NCBI GenBank assembly: GCA_965216315.1
Contig: CBDCFN010000016.1
Coordinates: 1,946,181-2,010,180 of the forward strand
Source of the DNA: a bacterium
GTDB lineage: Bacteria; UBA10199; 2-02-FULL-50-16; JAJFLM01
Length of the DNA stretch: 64,000 nucleotides
Direction of reading: 5' to 3'
The notes under the pieces are model-generated. The model was given only the letters and a program-made list of their open reading frames with translations. It did no database searches and was not told the DNA's origin. Positions 36,816 through 44,693 of the stretch are shown here, piece after piece; the stretch's first letter is position 1, and each line of letters starts with the position of its first letter. The position numbers were made by a program, and so were the translations under genes.

Positions 36816-36967
36816 TGCCTGTGGACCAAAATTCGAACTTGGTTTCAAGAAAATGCGTGACCGCGAGGCCACTTGCTGCAAAAGCCGCGCCGAGCGGTCA
36901 CTAAATGACTATTCCACAGGCACCTTCCCGCCACGCGCTCGTCACGGCTTGTGCAGCCCCGTGTGCC
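36810..36967 (-). repeat. Inverted repeat IR2-A, containing tRNA/tmRNA-like module X_A (12-bp closing stem, T-arm-like hairpin, ACCA)
   Basis: GGTGCCTGTGGA (36814-36825) is complementary to TCCACAGGCACC (36913-36924). The minus strand has CCAAG-TTCGAAT-TTTGG immediately 5' of TCCACAGGCACC-ACCA. About 158 bp match 42477-42634 in inverted orientation, with 8 mismatches by manual alignment. Confidence 0.8.
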
Positions 36968-37264
36968 TCTCGTGCCGCCGCTTGGCCCAGCGCCGAGCCC
37001 CTGGCTACACAAGGCCTGGGCATCCGCCAGCCCCCGCACATAAAGCTGCCCAGGCCGGGGACGCAGAGGGCTGGGCGGGAGGGTGTTAGCTAGTAATGGA
37101 CAATTTTTCGCCACCCGGAAGCGAGGCGCTGAAAAAGTATATAGAAATGATGGAGAATTTGTTGATTAAATAGCAGGATATCATGCCATATGTAGCAATA
37201 GCATGAAGATGTACATCAGACTTACTAAGTATTTGACTATGGCCAACCAAAATACGGGGTTGCT

Positions 37265-37993
37265 ATGACGGTTATGAGCATTTTAGCGGGTATAATCGCC
37301 CTCTTAATTCTAGTCGTATTGAGCAACATTGCCAGTGCGGTACGAGGAAACAGACAGGCCATGGAATCAGCTTGCTCAGATATCAACGATAAAATTGGTG
37401 AGCTTAATAATATCTTATACGAAATAAAAACCGCATCAGAAGAACTACTAGATGTGATCAAGACGGTAAGTGAAACTATGTATAATATGGAAGAAAAGAC
37501 TCATGAACCGATCGTTGATATATTTGGCCCTAATAACTTCCATACAATGTCTAATGATGAAAGGGAAAGCGTCAGCAGTGAGCTAGAAAAGAAAATTTCT
37601 GAGAACAAGACTTCGCAAGACGAATTAGAAGATTGGATCAAAAGCTGGATCATATTTTTTTCACATACGTCATATATTTACGAGATTTTATCTAAAAAGG
37701 ATCTTTTGAACAATGTAAGTCCCGAAACAAAGGAATTGCTTCAAGAGCGTCATGAACAAGCTCAAATGTTTGTTAAAGTAGTTGGTGAACTGAAGAATGG
37801 CAGCGATTTAAATAAGGTAGAACAGTTTCTGGCTAATATCAAAGACCAGAAAGCTAAAAAACTGGTAGTTCGATCGGCACTATACGAAATTTATGGGAAA
37901 AAGGTTCTTCTGAATATTAAGGACATGAAGGATTTAAAGATCTTTTCTGAAGCAACAAATATACCCATTAAATTCATTTTCAACTATCTTTAA
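37265..37993 (+). CDS. Single-pass membrane protein with a long coiled-coil/helical domain (242 aa), unknown function
   Basis: N-terminal TM segment MSILAGIIALLILVVLSNIASAV, followed by E/K-rich helical sequence. AT-rich codon usage. Convergent with the NTPase gene. Confidence 0.65.
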   Translation: MTVMSILAGIIALLILVVLSNIASAVRGNRQAMESACSDINDKIGELNNILYEIKTASEELLDVIKTVSETMYNMEEKTHEPIVDIFGPNNFHTMSNDERESVSSELEKKISENKTSQDELEDWIKSWIIFFSHTSYIYEILSKKDLLNNVSPETKELLQERHEQAQMFVKVVGELKNGSDLNKVEQFLANIKDQKAKKLVVRSALYEIYGKKVLLNIKDMKDLKIFSEATNIPIKFIFNYL

Positions 37994-38058
37994 CATCTGA
38001 CGATGCACTGATATGCGCATAATAAATATACGGTGCATTGTAGTAGATACTGTGCGCT

Positions 38059-41000
38059 TTAGTTGTATTTCTTGAATTTGCACTGCTTGGCACCAATAAG
38101 CTTTGACCTACTGTTGAGCATAAATGCTCCGCTGATATTCAATCTTCCCAATGCACCACCACCGAGATAGCCACTGCCAAACAAGTGCTTTTCGCCGAGA
38201 AGAGTCCAAATAATTGAATAACCATTTTTCTTAAGATAGTTGTGTAATACAGACTTATTAATAAGAATTGACCGAGGCATAGAATCACTAAAAACATTCG
38301 GGTCGAAAGCTATTAGTTTTTTACCGGCACTGTAGAAGCGGCCATCAGTATAATGTTGTCTTATTCGTAATTTATCTATTAACCATTTCGCGGGTAGCTT
38401 GACTCGGATCGATTCGCTTGTTGAACAATCAATCGATGAACCACTACTAAGATATGCGTCATCCGTTACTAATATCTTAGCAGGCATTAATTTGTCACTT
38501 GGAGCGGTCGTCCAACCTTCATGGTGATAATATGGAATGTAATAGTATAAGAATGGATGCGCCCAAGGATACTCACCCAGGAAAACTCTATAAAACTCAT
38601 GAGATTCAGGCATCCACCTACCCATGAAATCTTGCTTCTTTGCCCATAAATAAAATTTCTTCGCATCCCTCTTCTTAACAATATAGCTCTTTATCATATA
38701 CCAAATTGTTCTTGTGGGTGTCTGATATTTATCTTTCTCTGGGGCGATCTCATTTTGCCACTGAATATGACTTTCGAGCGCAAGCCAACTAACGTGATTA
38801 TCATCAGATGTTTCAATAAGGCTAAGGGGATCTGGCAAATCATTTTTGCTCTTTATCCATGTCGCATCAGATGCTCTTTTCTTCCAAGATTTGTGAATAG
38901 TGGTGTGTTGGTATAGCCCTAGATTAGGAACACCTTCAGGCTTAGAGTTTGGTGGATCTTTTAATATGCAAGATGGGTCAATATCCCTAACACTCAACTG
39001 CCAGGGTCCTTGATAAGGGCCATAGCGATCGGGCCACCGTTCTATTTTAAACTCGAAATTATCTCCAATCCGTGCCAATAGCTCATGAAAAGCAATCCAC
39101 TGATATTTTTTTCCTAATCTTTCAGCTTTCTGCTCTGACTGACTTACTCGATAATAATTGACGCGTCTGTCGAAATCACTGTGTAGTTCGTTTTTCAATC
39201 CAAACTGCATAACTCGATGAACTAACCATCTCTGAGCTAATGCCGCATCAAATTCATCAAGTGAATCACTTATATTTCCATGATCATCAATATACGGCTT
39301 AAATTCTCTTTCAAAAAATGATCTTTTTGGCTGCTGCAAAGATTCAATGAATTTTCTCCAAGCAGCTTTTCTCTCTTTATAGTATTGTTTTAGTTTTTCC
39401 TTAGTGTCACTATCATCGTTACCATAGACAATGAGTGGAATACTCACAATGCTTGAAGGGCTTGTAATTTGTCTATATAAACGCCTTTGCTGCTTATTTA
39501 ATTTTTTAATAAATTGCTGATATTGTTCCCTCCTGCTCGCACCTCGAGACATAAGAGGTCGGCTTGACCAGCAATTAAGTGTTGAATTAAGCTCATATCG
39601 TCCAAAGTCGCCAAACATGACAGATGACCATACTTGACGTAATGCTCCATCGTCGGCTGTACACCTTAACTTTAGTCTATCTGCAGTCGGAACTCTTTTT
39701 GGCCATTTGCTGTTATACGGAGGCGCTATTTTCTTCTTACTAACACGTAATTTAAGCTTATTCTTTAAGGCGCATTCAATAATTCCCCGTGCATAATCGC
39801 GTAATAGAATTTGTACTGGTGGCTTGTTATCCTCAAAAATACTTTTATATACCCAGCTAGCTAAGGCCTTGAGCGCCTTTTTGTCGCCTTGGGACCGCAA
39901 GGCACAACCATACGCTATAGCGTAAATCCGCTCTGCGACATACATATCATTAACATTCTGAAACCCTCTCAGTAATCTCAGTACAATATTTAAGCGATTC
40001 GTTAAAATTGCAATGAGTGCCTTTGTACTTTTGTCTCTTAAAAATCTATTAGACGTTGTTAGGAACCATGATAATGTAATTGCACATAACTCTGCAGATT
40101 CATCGCTCAAATGGGATTTATCGTACTCGGACCAAGCCCATGTAACAAGTCGATCGACAGCTTCCTTATTGCCATATTCGTCATGCAAATATATTGACCA
40201 CCACGAATCACGATTAGCCATTGAATACTTAAATAGGTGGCCATGAAGATAATACGCATTGAATGGATGTTCTGGTATAGGTGCAACAGACAGAAAAGCA
40301 TTAAGTAGTAAAGTGTGGCCTCTCTCTGATCTAATTATATGGGTATTTATGAGCCTTATTGTATTTTGAAGACTATGCGAGAAGGCAGTAGGCTTTCGCC
40401 ATATAATACTTTCGATAAAAGCTTCCTCAGCAAGCTGTAATTGATAGTGACCCTTTAAGAGATAAGGGGCGACCTCTATAAATTCACTTCCTTTTAAATG
40501 CTCTGGGCACTGTATTGATAATGTTTCAATTATGCCCCGCCCTAGAGGTTGTGAAATAAATTTACCGAGCTTTCTACGTTTTGAAAAAAATCTTTTAGCA
40601 GTATTGATATTCTTATTGCCTTTTCCAAATTCTGATTCATACTCCTTGAAAATGTACCTACCAATTAAATGATCACTAAATTTCTGAAAAGGGAATCTAT
40701 ATTCGAATCCACTGTCGGAATCCCCTCCACTCGTATATTTTGGGACTTTGACTAACAATAACTGCTTTTCCAACGCGCTAATTAAAGCATTGCAATCAAC
40801 CGTGGGGTATGCATTTGCAACTATTCTGATAAGCTCTTTGTCTGTAATTCTATCTGAGCGTCGTGAAACCATATCATGAGCTATTTGCTCAATAATGGTA
40901 TCCCATATGACATAGTCACCTTTTTTATTTCTGCCTTTAGGTAGTGCGAATTGCTTAACAATATTCCTGCTAGCGAATTTAATGAAATTCTCAAAAATAT

Positions 41001-42198
41001 AAGTAGCACCTTCATGGCCTCGAAATACCGGCTTTTGACCAGTTGTTTTCTTTCCACTGGGCTTAGTTCGGCTTTCGTAGGCTTTGCAAAATAATAGCAA
41101 GAATAGGGGGTTGCGGAATTCTGGCGCAAGCAATGGGACTTCTGGAAGAGGCAAATTGAATTCATTGAAAAATTTGTTTACGGCCTCCCACTCACGGAAT
41201 TCAAAGCCATGATGTTCAGCAAAAACAAATTGTTTCATTTGCGTATTACTGAGAGTGTCATGCTCAAAGCCTGTCCTTACACTAATAGCTAATGCAATAC
41301 ATGGATATCTCTTAAGCGTATCAATGAACTTTTTAAGCTTGCGCTTCCAAATTTTCGGATGATGCGTTTCGTTCAGCGCATCTATAACTATGAGGGAGCG
41401 GACACCTGTTTCTCGTCCAGCCTGATTTAGTAATTTAAACAATCCATTAGATGTCAGCACACCTTTCAATCCGATCTGGTGTATTATTTGGTCAGCTAAA
41501 TCAGCGCTATCTGTAAAATACTCTCCAAACGTCACTACTGTTGGAAGATGTTGTTGTCTCTTGATGCGCGTTTCCACCACGTCACATAAAAGATGTGTTT
41601 TTCCAGTGCCCGCTAAACCCGTTAATAATAGAAATGGCTTATTTGATAGTTTGGCAGAAACGCTGAGCGAAAACTCTTCAAAATTCCTAATCTCTTGTTG
41701 AGTTTTATATAGATATTCTATGTCTGCCTTAATTCGGCTCAAGTACGATTCAAGTTCAGTATTTTTCTTAGTTTCTCTTGTTTTCCTATCGATGACCGAT
41801 TTTTCATCTTCTAATAGTCTAACCAGCTTTCGACACAATGGTATTGCCTTTTTGCTGCGAGAACTAATAGACGGCCACGGAATTATCCTCGTATTAAATT
41901 CTTTTATTTTACTGAGCAATGTCAGGAGAGCTGAGACTTCTCTTTTCAAGTTTCTGTAGGCGCTATCTATCTTTTTCTTCTTATGTTTATTAGATATTCG
42001 GTTAAAGGTTCTTGAGAAATCGCCGAAATCCTTTCTAATTGAAGTATAAAATGTTTCTGTTCTTGCTATTCCATCAAATATTTGGGCAATCGGTACTTTA
42101 ATGTTTAATTTAGGCGTATACCGAGGGCCGGCTTTCTTCAGAACTTTCTCTAGGTGAGAATGAAGCCATTTTTTGTCGAGGAAGAGATTCTTAACCAT
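38059..42198 (-). CDS. NACHT/STAND-like P-loop NTPase, ~1380 aa, with an N-terminal Lys-rich coiled-coil region and a >1000-aa unassigned C-terminal region
   Basis: Walker A LLLTGLAGTGKTHLL (about res 195-209; DNA about 41590-41630). Walker B/NACHT-like SLIVIDALNE (about res 273-282). The ORF track starts at TTG 42213; ATG 42198 is more likely. Confidence 0.8.
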   Translation of the reverse strand: MVKNLFLDKKWLHSHLEKVLKKAGPRYTPKLNIKVPIAQIFDGIARTETFYTSIRKDFGDFSRTFNRISNKHKKKKIDSAYRNLKREVSALLTLLSKIKEFNTRIIPWPSISSRSKKAIPLCRKLVRLLEDEKSVIDRKTRETKKNTELESYLSRIKADIEYLYKTQQEIRNFEEFSLSVSAKLSNKPFLLLTGLAGTGKTHLLCDVVETRIKRQQHLPTVVTFGEYFTDSADLADQIIHQIGLKGVLTSNGLFKLLNQAGRETGVRSLIVIDALNETHHPKIWKRKLKKFIDTLKRYPCIALAISVRTGFEHDTLSNTQMKQFVFAEHHGFEFREWEAVNKFFNEFNLPLPEVPLLAPEFRNPLFLLLFCKAYESRTKPSGKKTTGQKPVFRGHEGATYIFENFIKFASRNIVKQFALPKGRNKKGDYVIWDTIIEQIAHDMVSRRSDRITDKELIRIVANAYPTVDCNALISALEKQLLLVKVPKYTSGGDSDSGFEYRFPFQKFSDHLIGRYIFKEYESEFGKGNKNINTAKRFFSKRRKLGKFISQPLGRGIIETLSIQCPEHLKGSEFIEVAPYLLKGHYQLQLAEEAFIESIIWRKPTAFSHSLQNTIRLINTHIIRSERGHTLLLNAFLSVAPIPEHPFNAYYLHGHLFKYSMANRDSWWSIYLHDEYGNKEAVDRLVTWAWSEYDKSHLSDESAELCAITLSWFLTTSNRFLRDKSTKALIAILTNRLNIVLRLLRGFQNVNDMYVAERIYAIAYGCALRSQGDKKALKALASWVYKSIFEDNKPPVQILLRDYARGIIECALKNKLKLRVSKKKIAPPYNSKWPKRVPTADRLKLRCTADDGALRQVWSSVMFGDFGRYELNSTLNCWSSRPLMSRGASRREQYQQFIKKLNKQQRRLYRQITSPSSIVSIPLIVYGNDDSDTKEKLKQYYKERKAAWRKFIESLQQPKRSFFEREFKPYIDDHGNISDSLDEFDAALAQRWLVHRVMQFGLKNELHSDFDRRVNYYRVSQSEQKAERLGKKYQWIAFHELLARIGDNFEFKIERWPDRYGPYQGPWQLSVRDIDPSCILKDPPNSKPEGVPNLGLYQHTTIHKSWKKRASDATWIKSKNDLPDPLSLIETSDDNHVSWLALESHIQWQNEIAPEKDKYQTPTRTIWYMIKSYIVKKRDAKKFYLWAKKQDFMGRWMPESHEFYRVFLGEYPWAHPFLYYYIPYYHHEGWTTAPSDKLMPAKILVTDDAYLSSGSSIDCSTSESIRVKLPAKWLIDKLRIRQHYTDGRFYSAGKKLIAFDPNVFSDSMPRSILINKSVLHNYLKKNGYSIIWTLLGEKHLFGSGYLGGGALGRLNISGAFMLNSRSKLIGAKQCKFKKYN

Positions 42199-42476
42199 AT
42201 TTCGTGAGTGCAAGAGTATATTTTAATCATACCGAACAACAGGGAAAACATTTATCCAATGTAGTGCTTGCCGCGGGCCCGATTCGGGGGTGCGGGGGGA
42301 GAAGCGGGCCCGCGGCCCCGGCTTCAAGTGGCGTCTTTCAATCTATGGCGAGGCCTGGAGTCAAGCGACGGCCCACTGGGACCGTGGGCGGTGCAGGCCG
42401 AATGCCTGAGCGCCCGGCCTGCGTAGCCTTGGCGAAGCAGGCTAGCGAAGGCATGAGGCTTGCTCAGCCAATTTAG

Positions 42477-42634
42477 GGCACGCGGGGCTGCACAAGCCGT
42501 GACGAGCGCGTGGCGGGAAGGTGCCTGTGGACGAGGCATTTAGTGACCGCTCGGCGCGGCTTTTGCAGCAAGTGGCCTCGTGGTCACGAATTTTCTTGAA
42601 ACCAAGTTCGAATTTTGATCCACAGGCACCACAA
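42477..42634 (+). repeat. Inverted repeat IR2-B, containing tRNA/tmRNA-like module X_B
   Basis: GGTGCCTGTGGA at 42520-42531 and TCCACAGGCACC at 42619-42630. T-arm-like CCAAG-TTCGAAT-TTTGA at 42602-42618. The internal stem GTGACCGC/GTGGTCAC has a G-U where copy A has G-C. Confidence 0.8.
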
Positions 42635-43027
42635 AATTTGCGCAGCCAATTTTGTCCCTATATTCCATATACGATATGCGCCATGGCGCAAATTTTCGTA
42701 TATAGAATATCGTATAGGGTATATGGGGACTTATTGCTGACTTTGAATCAACAAAGTAACAATATAATCCTGCGATTGCCTGCTTTCCAATATGGAAGAT
42801 AAACATAAACAATATCTCGAACGTATGTATCCGTTACGGAGCACTAAAAGATAATAATACAAAGATGGGAGATATTGTCCGTATATATCACAAAAATGTT
42901 AGTGAGCCCACAAAAGACAGAAATCGAATAACAGAATAGATATTCAATTAACCTATGATCATGCGGGCCGTATGATATCAGGGATGTGATTCGCAGGCGA
43001 GTTAACCAGCGGACTCACATCTGGGGG

Positions 43028-43339
43028 TCAGTAGGCTTTTGAAGCTGCCTCTTGCTCTCTAATACGTGTAGTCATAATGTTATTCAAGAGCATTTTATCC
43101 TGCTTCTGTAGATCCGGAAATCTTAGCTTCATTCTCATTTCATTAAGAGTCTTTTTATCTCTCTTCATTAGCAATCCGATAGCTTCATCAAAAAACGAAA
43201 CGGAACCAACTAATTTTCCGCCAAACTGTATCTCGATTCTTGGCTGATCCCAATTGTCATTAATCAGAGTTCGTATCTTTTTTCCAGCTTCACGAGAAAT
43301 GATATCTTCACCGCAAATTTCTGGGACATTAATTATCAT
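43028..43339 (-). CDS. STAS-like (DUF4325-like) small protein
   Basis: The pattern IEIQFGGKLVGSVSFFDEAIGLL...LRFPDL resembles the DUF4325 STAS-like family. The likely start, ATG 43339, overlaps the upstream stop by 11 nt (ATGATAATTAA). Confidence 0.6.
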   Translation of the reverse strand: MIINVPEICGEDIISREAGKKIRTLINDNWDQPRIEIQFGGKLVGSVSFFDEAIGLLMKRDKKTLNEMRMKLRFPDLQKQDKMLLNNIMTTRIREQEAASKAY

Positions 43340-44210
43340 TGAAAATTCCTTCTTCTTCTCTGAGAATATCATAATAACTTTCACCATCTAAATTAATCTG
43401 AAAATCTACGCACGTTCCCATAAACGATTTTTGAGCTTTTTTGTAATCGTATTCGCTGCGATCATATTTCAGTGCAATTTTTGCCTTGCCTGAAAAAATG
43501 TATAGTCTTCCTGAATTGTGTCTGAGAGCTTCTTGTATTATTTGATAGCCTCGACCACCTTCTATTTCATCTCTTGTTGTTAAGCTTTCTTTCAATAGGC
43601 GCTGGATTGCATCCTTGTCAGTTCCTAAGTCCTCATATCGCGTACGTAGTTTATATGGTATTCCAACTCCAAAATCTAAAAAAGCTATGTGCATGTTATG
43701 AGATCGTCCCCAAGAACCAACGCAGGCATAACAAGTACGCTCTCCACTATGGTCTAATGTATTTGTGAGTAACTCTGTAAGAATGAGTCGTGCCATATCT
43801 TTGAGGTCTGGGGTGAATCTAGGAGCGTTCGCGGCTATTATAGCAAGCATGTCATCTAGAGACATAGTATTGTAACTGTCGAGCCTCCGAAGTTGGCACA
43901 TCTTCTCAGTTACCATAATGCTTTGAGGGCCATCTGGTTTACTAAGATACCTTATAGCCCGCAATGCATTTTGGGCGCGCCTGGCCGAAGGCAAAGTTAT
44001 TCTTATTTTATTGTTTCTGCCCCACGCTAAATCTGTCAGGCCACATAAGAAACATACGGAAAGTGCGCTAACTTCAGTAGTTCTCTTGAGGTCGAAGTGA
44101 ACTATTGAATTTTCTATGCCGCGCACTTTACGGACTGCCGCCAATAAGGAATCAATGTAGGCCACCGTCAGCTGTTTGGGGAAAGGAATGTCGATAGTGC
44201 CGGGGATCAT
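43329..44210 (-). CDS. GHKL-superfamily ATPase/kinase (RsbW/SpoIIAB-like HATPase_c) with an N-terminal STAS-like region
   Basis: N-box LTELLTNTLDH, G1 box FLDFGVGIP, G2-like GGRGYQII. 293 aa, AT-rich. Confidence 0.7.
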   Translation of the reverse strand: MIPGTIDIPFPKQLTVAYIDSLLAAVRKVRGIENSIVHFDLKRTTEVSALSVCFLCGLTDLAWGRNNKIRITLPSARRAQNALRAIRYLSKPDGPQSIMVTEKMCQLRRLDSYNTMSLDDMLAIIAANAPRFTPDLKDMARLILTELLTNTLDHSGERTCYACVGSWGRSHNMHIAFLDFGVGIPYKLRTRYEDLGTDKDAIQRLLKESLTTRDEIEGGRGYQIIQEALRHNSGRLYIFSGKAKIALKYDRSEYDYKKAQKSFMGTCVDFQINLDGESYYDILREEEGIFNDN

Positions 44211-44567
44211 AGATGTAACCTACTGAAATATATAGACTATGTAAATCAATAATTGCAGATAATTATATATAACATCATAATAGGTGTTTAAATTCATATA
44301 CTTATGAATAATTTAAATCCCCGGCATCAAGGGGGCTGGCATCATGAGCTGCGCTTCTATCAATCAGCCTGGCAAGCGGAAGTAATATCGTTTCAGAAGC
44401 CATAGTAGTTGAAGTTACGGCACTCCCACGGCACTGGCTAATTTTTTCTTGAGTAATTTCTTTTGCTTACGCCGATCCGCGGAGGATTCGACGAGCCTTT
44501 CGCAGAAGGCGAAAATTTCCACCGTGCGATTGCCAAAATAGGCAATCGCATCCTCACGAAGCGGTGA

Positions 44568-44598
44568 GGACGAGCAAATCCCCCCCCCACCTCCACTA
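44568..44598 (+). repeat. Degenerate direct repeat of the ssrA 3' end (T-arm/acceptor); putative distal att remnant
   Basis: ggacgagcaaatcccccccccacctccacta here compares with ggacgggggttcgattccccccgcctccacca in ssrA 35111-35141. Confidence 0.55.
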
Positions 44599-44604
44599 TT
44601 CAGT

Positions 44605-44693
44605 GTGCGTCCAAGAGGCGATCCAACTTGCCTTGAATGGTCGGCATCTCCCGGTCGAATTATTATTTAATGCGTGCGGCAAGGGATTGGCGC
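44605..44693 (-). pseudogene. ~89-bp remnant of a second serine recombinase gene (homologous to 35448-35533)
   Basis: ...gcgtccaagaggcgatccaacttgccttgaatggtcggcatctcccggtcgaatt... aligns with ...gcgtccaagagacgatcaagcttgccctgaatggccggcatctcccggtcgaatt... The remnant translates as FDREMPTIQGKLDRLLDAH versus FDREMPAIQGKLDRLLDAH. Confidence 0.7.

Larger units (their letters stand above)
35142..44598. mobile_element. Genomic island integrated at the 3' end of ssrA (serine-recombinase type), with AT-rich cargo and a decayed att repeat at its far end
   Basis: Starts right after the ssrA ACCA. The recombinase gene abuts and overlaps ssrA. Sampled lines in 37.2-44.3 kb are visibly AT-rich (about 33-42% GC by hand count of two lines) compared with the GC-richer flanks. 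A degenerate copy of the ssrA T-arm/acceptor lies at 44568-44598. Confidence 0.7.

Noticed and set aside
36810-36924. Module X (and 42520-42630) as a canonical tRNA or tRNA-Sec gene.
   Set aside because: The T-arm and acceptor-like stem are convincing. However, the 70 nt between the 5' stem strand and the T-arm cannot be folded into D and anticodon arms. Position 8 is not U, and the stem is 12 bp. I therefore call it only tRNA-like, not a tRNA.
36462-37114. Overlapping ORFs in the GC-rich repeat region (36462-36860, 36492-36881, 36649-37089, 36719-36904, 36905-37093), and their counterparts at 42204-42539 and 42521-42812.
   Set aside because: They lie within inverted repeats, overlap each other in several frames, and are Arg/Pro/Ala-rich. 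Their shared segments are explained by DNA-level repeat identity (including the duplicated recombinase 3' end). I treat the region as non-coding repeat/structured DNA.
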